From positions 1,601,249-1,665,248 of the forward strand of contig BDGG01000005.1 in NCBI GenBank assembly GCA_001949185.1: a stretch of 64,000 bases of DNA. The letters run 5' to 3'. Positions 59,717-64,000 of this stretch are shown piece by piece. This DNA comes from Ramazzottius varieornatus (taxonomy: Eukaryota; Animalia; Tardigrada). The position numbers were made by a program, and so were the translations under genes. The notes under the pieces were generated by a model. That model ran no database searches. It was not told the origin of the DNA and saw nothing but the letters and a program-made list of their open reading frames with translations. Positions within the stretch are counted from its first letter, which is position 1. Each line of letters starts with the position of its first letter.

Positions 59717-60406
59717 CGCGAATCGCACTCGACTTCAACTCCCTGCTCGCAGTTAGTACTACCCGTATCCGCCCGGTCGAAGTGAGTCTTCAGCCTTCTC
59801 CTCAAACCATCGACCTGTGGTAGTGTAAGCAGAATATTCATCCAAGAAAGCTTTCACGAAGAACGGACTTATTCACGAAGTTAGTACAGTATCAAGAACG
59901 TAAACAACTAAACATTACAAGACTGCCATTCGCGACATTGCGAATAAGTCAAGGTTTATTCACCATGGCTTGCTCGCCGTGCGATTCACTGCAAGTTTGG
60001 CAGGCAATGCAGCCCAAACCACCACAGGATCGCCCACCACGATCAGCTGTTTGCCTGTTTCACAGCATCGGCGGGAAAAGGAAATGGATTTTCCGTCCTT
60101 CCCCCACTTCTTGCTCCTTTGTTCATTTCACGCGTTCCGAACGCACAAAATCGTCAATTCTTCTGCACCTGCAAGTACCGCACTGACGTTCCTGCGTTCG
60201 GACTTTCCAAGGCATCCCGGTCGTTGCTCGTTTATATCCGGCAGTCCACACGAGCAGCTGTGTTCTTGACCGTCGCCATCGGCTGTTCCATCGAACTTTC
60301 ACGGTAAGCGCGACTTTCATGTTCTCGTGGCTGTATGTAACAGCTGAATTCATTGCAAATGGAAGAATCGACCTCTGTATGCTCTAGGTTAACCCCGGTA
60401 GGAACA

Positions 60407-63400
60407 ATGGTGCGAACCCGAAATCAACCTGCATCTCCGCAGAAAGACGTCGCAGAGACGAAACCGCGTTCAGGCCGAAATGGGACGAAGTCCGCTGGTC
60501 CAACGCAGAAAAGCACAACGCAGATCAAGTCCCCTGCAACCTCTTCCACCGACAAGAAGACATCCTCGAGGAAAAAATCTGCAAACGTTCAAACACCAGA
60601 AGAAGCTGAGCCAGAAGACATCTTTCCAATCAGTCGACGCGGGTTACGCAGCCATGGTAAGCCTAACGTCTACACTCCAACTCCACCATCCAAAGCGGCA
60701 CCGAAACGAAAACAACAACCGCTGAGAAGCAGCGAGAAGAAGGCTGAATCCGTCACTTCATCGGTCGAAAATCACGAACGAACAGAATTGCCGAAGGAAG
60801 CTGAGAAAGCGGTAGTGAAAGCCATACCGGTAATCGTTATTCAGAGTGTTAAACCGGAAACAGAACGCTTATCGGATAGTTCCGATGACGAAGATAGCGC
60901 TCCTGGTCCGAGGAGTCCTGTGAAAATGCCAACCGGGAAGGCACTTGCAGTTTCTCTGCAGAAAAACGACGAAGACGATAATACTTCTGGTCCAGAAAGT
61001 CCTCTGAAGATTCCTGCTGTTAGGGTACAGGCTGCTTCGCCGAAGAAGAACGGAATAAAGAAGGAACGGAGTGATGTTCCTAAAGAGGAAACTAAGGTGC
61101 TGAGTAACTTGCGCAGGTTAACTCTTCATCCATTGAAATCGCCTTCTTATTTTGTTGATAGGTCTCGCCAGTAAAGTTGAATGTTTCACTGCGCGACCGG
61201 AAGTTGACGACGAGTAAGAAACCTCTTCAAGCAAAGCAGGCGGATTCCGGGTCGGAGGAGTTCGACGTGGACGATAACGCCGACTTTGACTTTTCCGACA
61301 AAGATTCCGATTTCGACATTGACAAAGAGTTGGAAACACGACCGAAGAAGAAGCGGAACATCGACGCTGAATCAGAGTCGGAGGAGGATGACTTCGAGGA
61401 GGTGGCGGACAAGCATGTCGAGAGCGATGACGATGATCTGCTCTTGGACAGAAGTCCGTTCGCGTCCGCGTCTAAAGGCCCGCTGGAGATCACGGTGGAT
61501 CTGCCGGGTGGAGGAAGCAAGACGAGAGAGATGGATAAGGATAAGTGGATCGCCGCGCAGTTGCGACGTCGGGACAAGGATATCAAGACGGATATCCACA
61601 AGGTCCACTTGCTGTGTGGTATTTCGCATGGATTCTACCTTAATGAAAAGATTGGGAGGAATCAGGAGTTGCTGGCGTTGGCCATGTCGCTCTGGAATCA
61701 GTCTAGGCTGAACAAGGTTAGTTAAAAGTCTTTTAGGGATCGAAACGTGTTTCTTTTCTCTACCTGCATACACACCGACCATGGTGAATAGCAGCATTTA
61801 AGTATGCAGGGTAAATGACGGGTCAGCAGGAAAGGTGCTGAACATTCAGGCACATGCGTAGATAACATGCCTTATAACTTTAGGGCATACTTCATGCAGG
61901 TTTGTGAGTGGGTGGCGCGCTCTTTTTCCTTTTCAGTAGAACTGATCGGGATTCTACTCACATTTAGTGAGGTTGCAATCCTTTGTGGCTTTGCAGGAAA
62001 AAGACTACGCGAAACTTGATGCCGGCAAGCTTCACGACCTCGTTGCGTCCATCAAAGAACAGTTTTCTTTCGCTCATCATCTTTCAGTCGGAATGTGTAG
62101 TGTAAACGCTTTCAAAAGTACTTTCTTAACCAAACAATGCCCGTCATATCTGCATATGACCATGGTAGTGCTGTTGATGCTTCGAGCTCTCGGAGTGGAA
62201 GTTCGGTTGGTCTACAGCATGCAGCCAGTGGCTGTCAAAGAAACAAAAGCCACCAAAGCAGCTTCTGCCACGAAGCGGAAAACCCCAGCGAAGTCCAAGA
62301 AAACCGTGAAAGAAGAAGAACTGTCGGGAAGCGAAGCTGAGGGGAAGCCAAAGACAAAAGTTAGGGCGAAGCGAACTGCTGGTAAGCGGAAAAGAGCGCA
62401 GTCAGAAAGCGGCGAGGAGGAAGTAGACGAGAAGAATGCAGTGAAAAGACCGGCAAGGAAAGCAGCAAAGAATGCGTCTGGGAAAAGAACGGCGATCAAA
62501 ATTGAAGAGGACGAGTCGAATGCTGATGTGGAAATGTCCGAAGCGGAATTGTCGGAGTACGAAGGGGAGAAGAAGGGAAGGAAGAAGAAAACTCTCGCCA
62601 AAAAGACCTCGCCTAAAAAGGTGAACCAAACTTGCTCATTCAAGGCCATGCTCGTATCTGGTGCTCAAACAAAGCCGTGCCCATAGAGCGTTGTTTTCAG
62701 ACTTCGAAAGTATTTTGAATTTATTACATTAAATCGGCTTCTTCCGGGTATTGTATGCAAGAAACATGACAGTGGGGTTTTTCAGGAGACAAAGGGGAAA
62801 CCTGAAGAAGCGACGAGGAATTTTCTGGAAGTTCCGAAAGCTGCGTCGGTGAAGGGCTCTCCGAGCACTTCGTTTGTTTCAGCTTCCTCTGCCGTGTCCC
62901 GCAAGTCAGTAGCGAAGGAGAAGGGTGTTGACTACTGGCTAGAAGTCTATTGTGGTAAGACTCGGGCGTATGTCTCTGTTCACTGCATCAGCGGAGAAGT
63001 GGAAGCTGATGCGGACATCGAGCGGAGTGCCACACAGCCGCTGCACTATGTGGTGGCATTTGGCGAGAAATCTTCATTGAAAGATGGGACACCGAAGTAC
63101 GCTACTGAATGGCTCACCGTTAACCGGAAACTCCAGGTAAGCGAGAATCATTTCAAACCTGGGCTCAAAGTAAAATGGAGCGAATTTTGCGAACCTGCAT
63201 ACACGGTACTGCAGATTAACTGTAGGCGTAAGTATTCAGGTACGTGATGGATGAATGTATAGTCTGTTGGGCGACGCTTTCAAGGCTTGATTACGATTTT
63301 GTTCTATCTTTGTTCCGTTTTCCAGGTCGATGTGGAATGGTGGAAGGATCAGATGGACATGTACCGACCGCTGGACAAGAAGAAGGACGAAGCGGAAGAC

Positions 63401-64000
63401 AAAGCGATCCACGAGATACTTCTTCAACGTCCACGACCCGACATTCCACAGCTGTACAAGGGCCATCCACTCTACATTCTTCGTCCTCATCTCGCCAAGT
63501 ATGAAGCGCTGTACCCACCAAATCCAATCCCAGTAGGCGAAGTCAAAGGCGAGCCTGTCTACCTACGAGAGTGTGCGAAGCTGCTGCATACTAGGGAGAA
63601 CTGGTTGCGCGAAGCTAAGACTGTTAAGAAGGGTGAGAGACCCTACAAGGAAGTCAAGAAGGTCCAAAGAAAGAAGAAGATGGGCCGAAGAGGCAGAAAC
63701 GACCCGAACGCGATGTTGATGGCCCAGATTACCGAGAAGGAAGCGCAGAAAGTGGAAATGGTCGGTCTGTTTGGCGAATGGCAGATTGAAGACTTTGTTC
63801 CACCTGTTGCTGAAAATGTAAGTTGCCTGTCATGTACCTGCATGCACTAAGCCTTTTATAATAGGAGACGTTGGAGTATGCAGATGTATGAAAGTGTGTG
63901 GATTTTGCTTGATTTGATGTGATTTCTGGGGTGTAATTAGGGAAAGGTTCCGAGGAACTCCTACGGAAACGTGGAACTCTATCAGCCGCAGATGCTTCCC
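60407..64000 (+). CDS. XPC: DNA repair protein XPC/Rad4 (3' end beyond the window)
   Basis: IHKVHLLC, LRALGVEVRLVYSMQP, DYWLEVY, YKGHPLYILRPHLAKYEALYP, LHTRENWLREAK, LFGEWQIEDF and GKVPRNSYGNVELY. Confidence 0.95.

Overview
Eukaryotic, intron-rich but very compact invertebrate (metazoan) genomic DNA with mostly 50-120 bp GT-AG introns. The species cannot be identified from sequence alone. The window holds 15 housekeeping genes, several in head-to-head pairs: DHRS1, RIOK1, type II DGK, PMPCB, SENP8, NPEPL1, an MCT-like MFS transporter, ACP7-like purple acid phosphatase, SEM1/DSS1, MRPS6, COPS8, HINT3, NAE1, DCTN3-like and TAF13, plus the 5' part of XPC. There are two accessory zones. (1) 5.5-13.3 kb is a DNA-transposon island: a hAT MITE, a Sailor-like DD85E element with 233-bp TIRs, and a pogo DD35D element. 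(2) 43.1-54.8 kb holds a decayed gene that appears to join a signal peptide, a TM helix and a Cys-rich segment to a degenerate MOV10/Armitage-like helicase. This gene is interrupted by a ~8.5 kb putative Mutator-like element. The element has a multi-exon transposase with a 12-bp motif arrayed in four of its five predicted introns, converging on a cargo gene encoding a chromo-barrel (Tudor-knot), an AT-hook-like motif and spectrin-like repeats. A ~110-140 bp palindromic element occurs 10 times, always in introns, and some copies show apparent arm covariation. All gene models were spliced by hand, so boundaries are approximate and no database searches were run.
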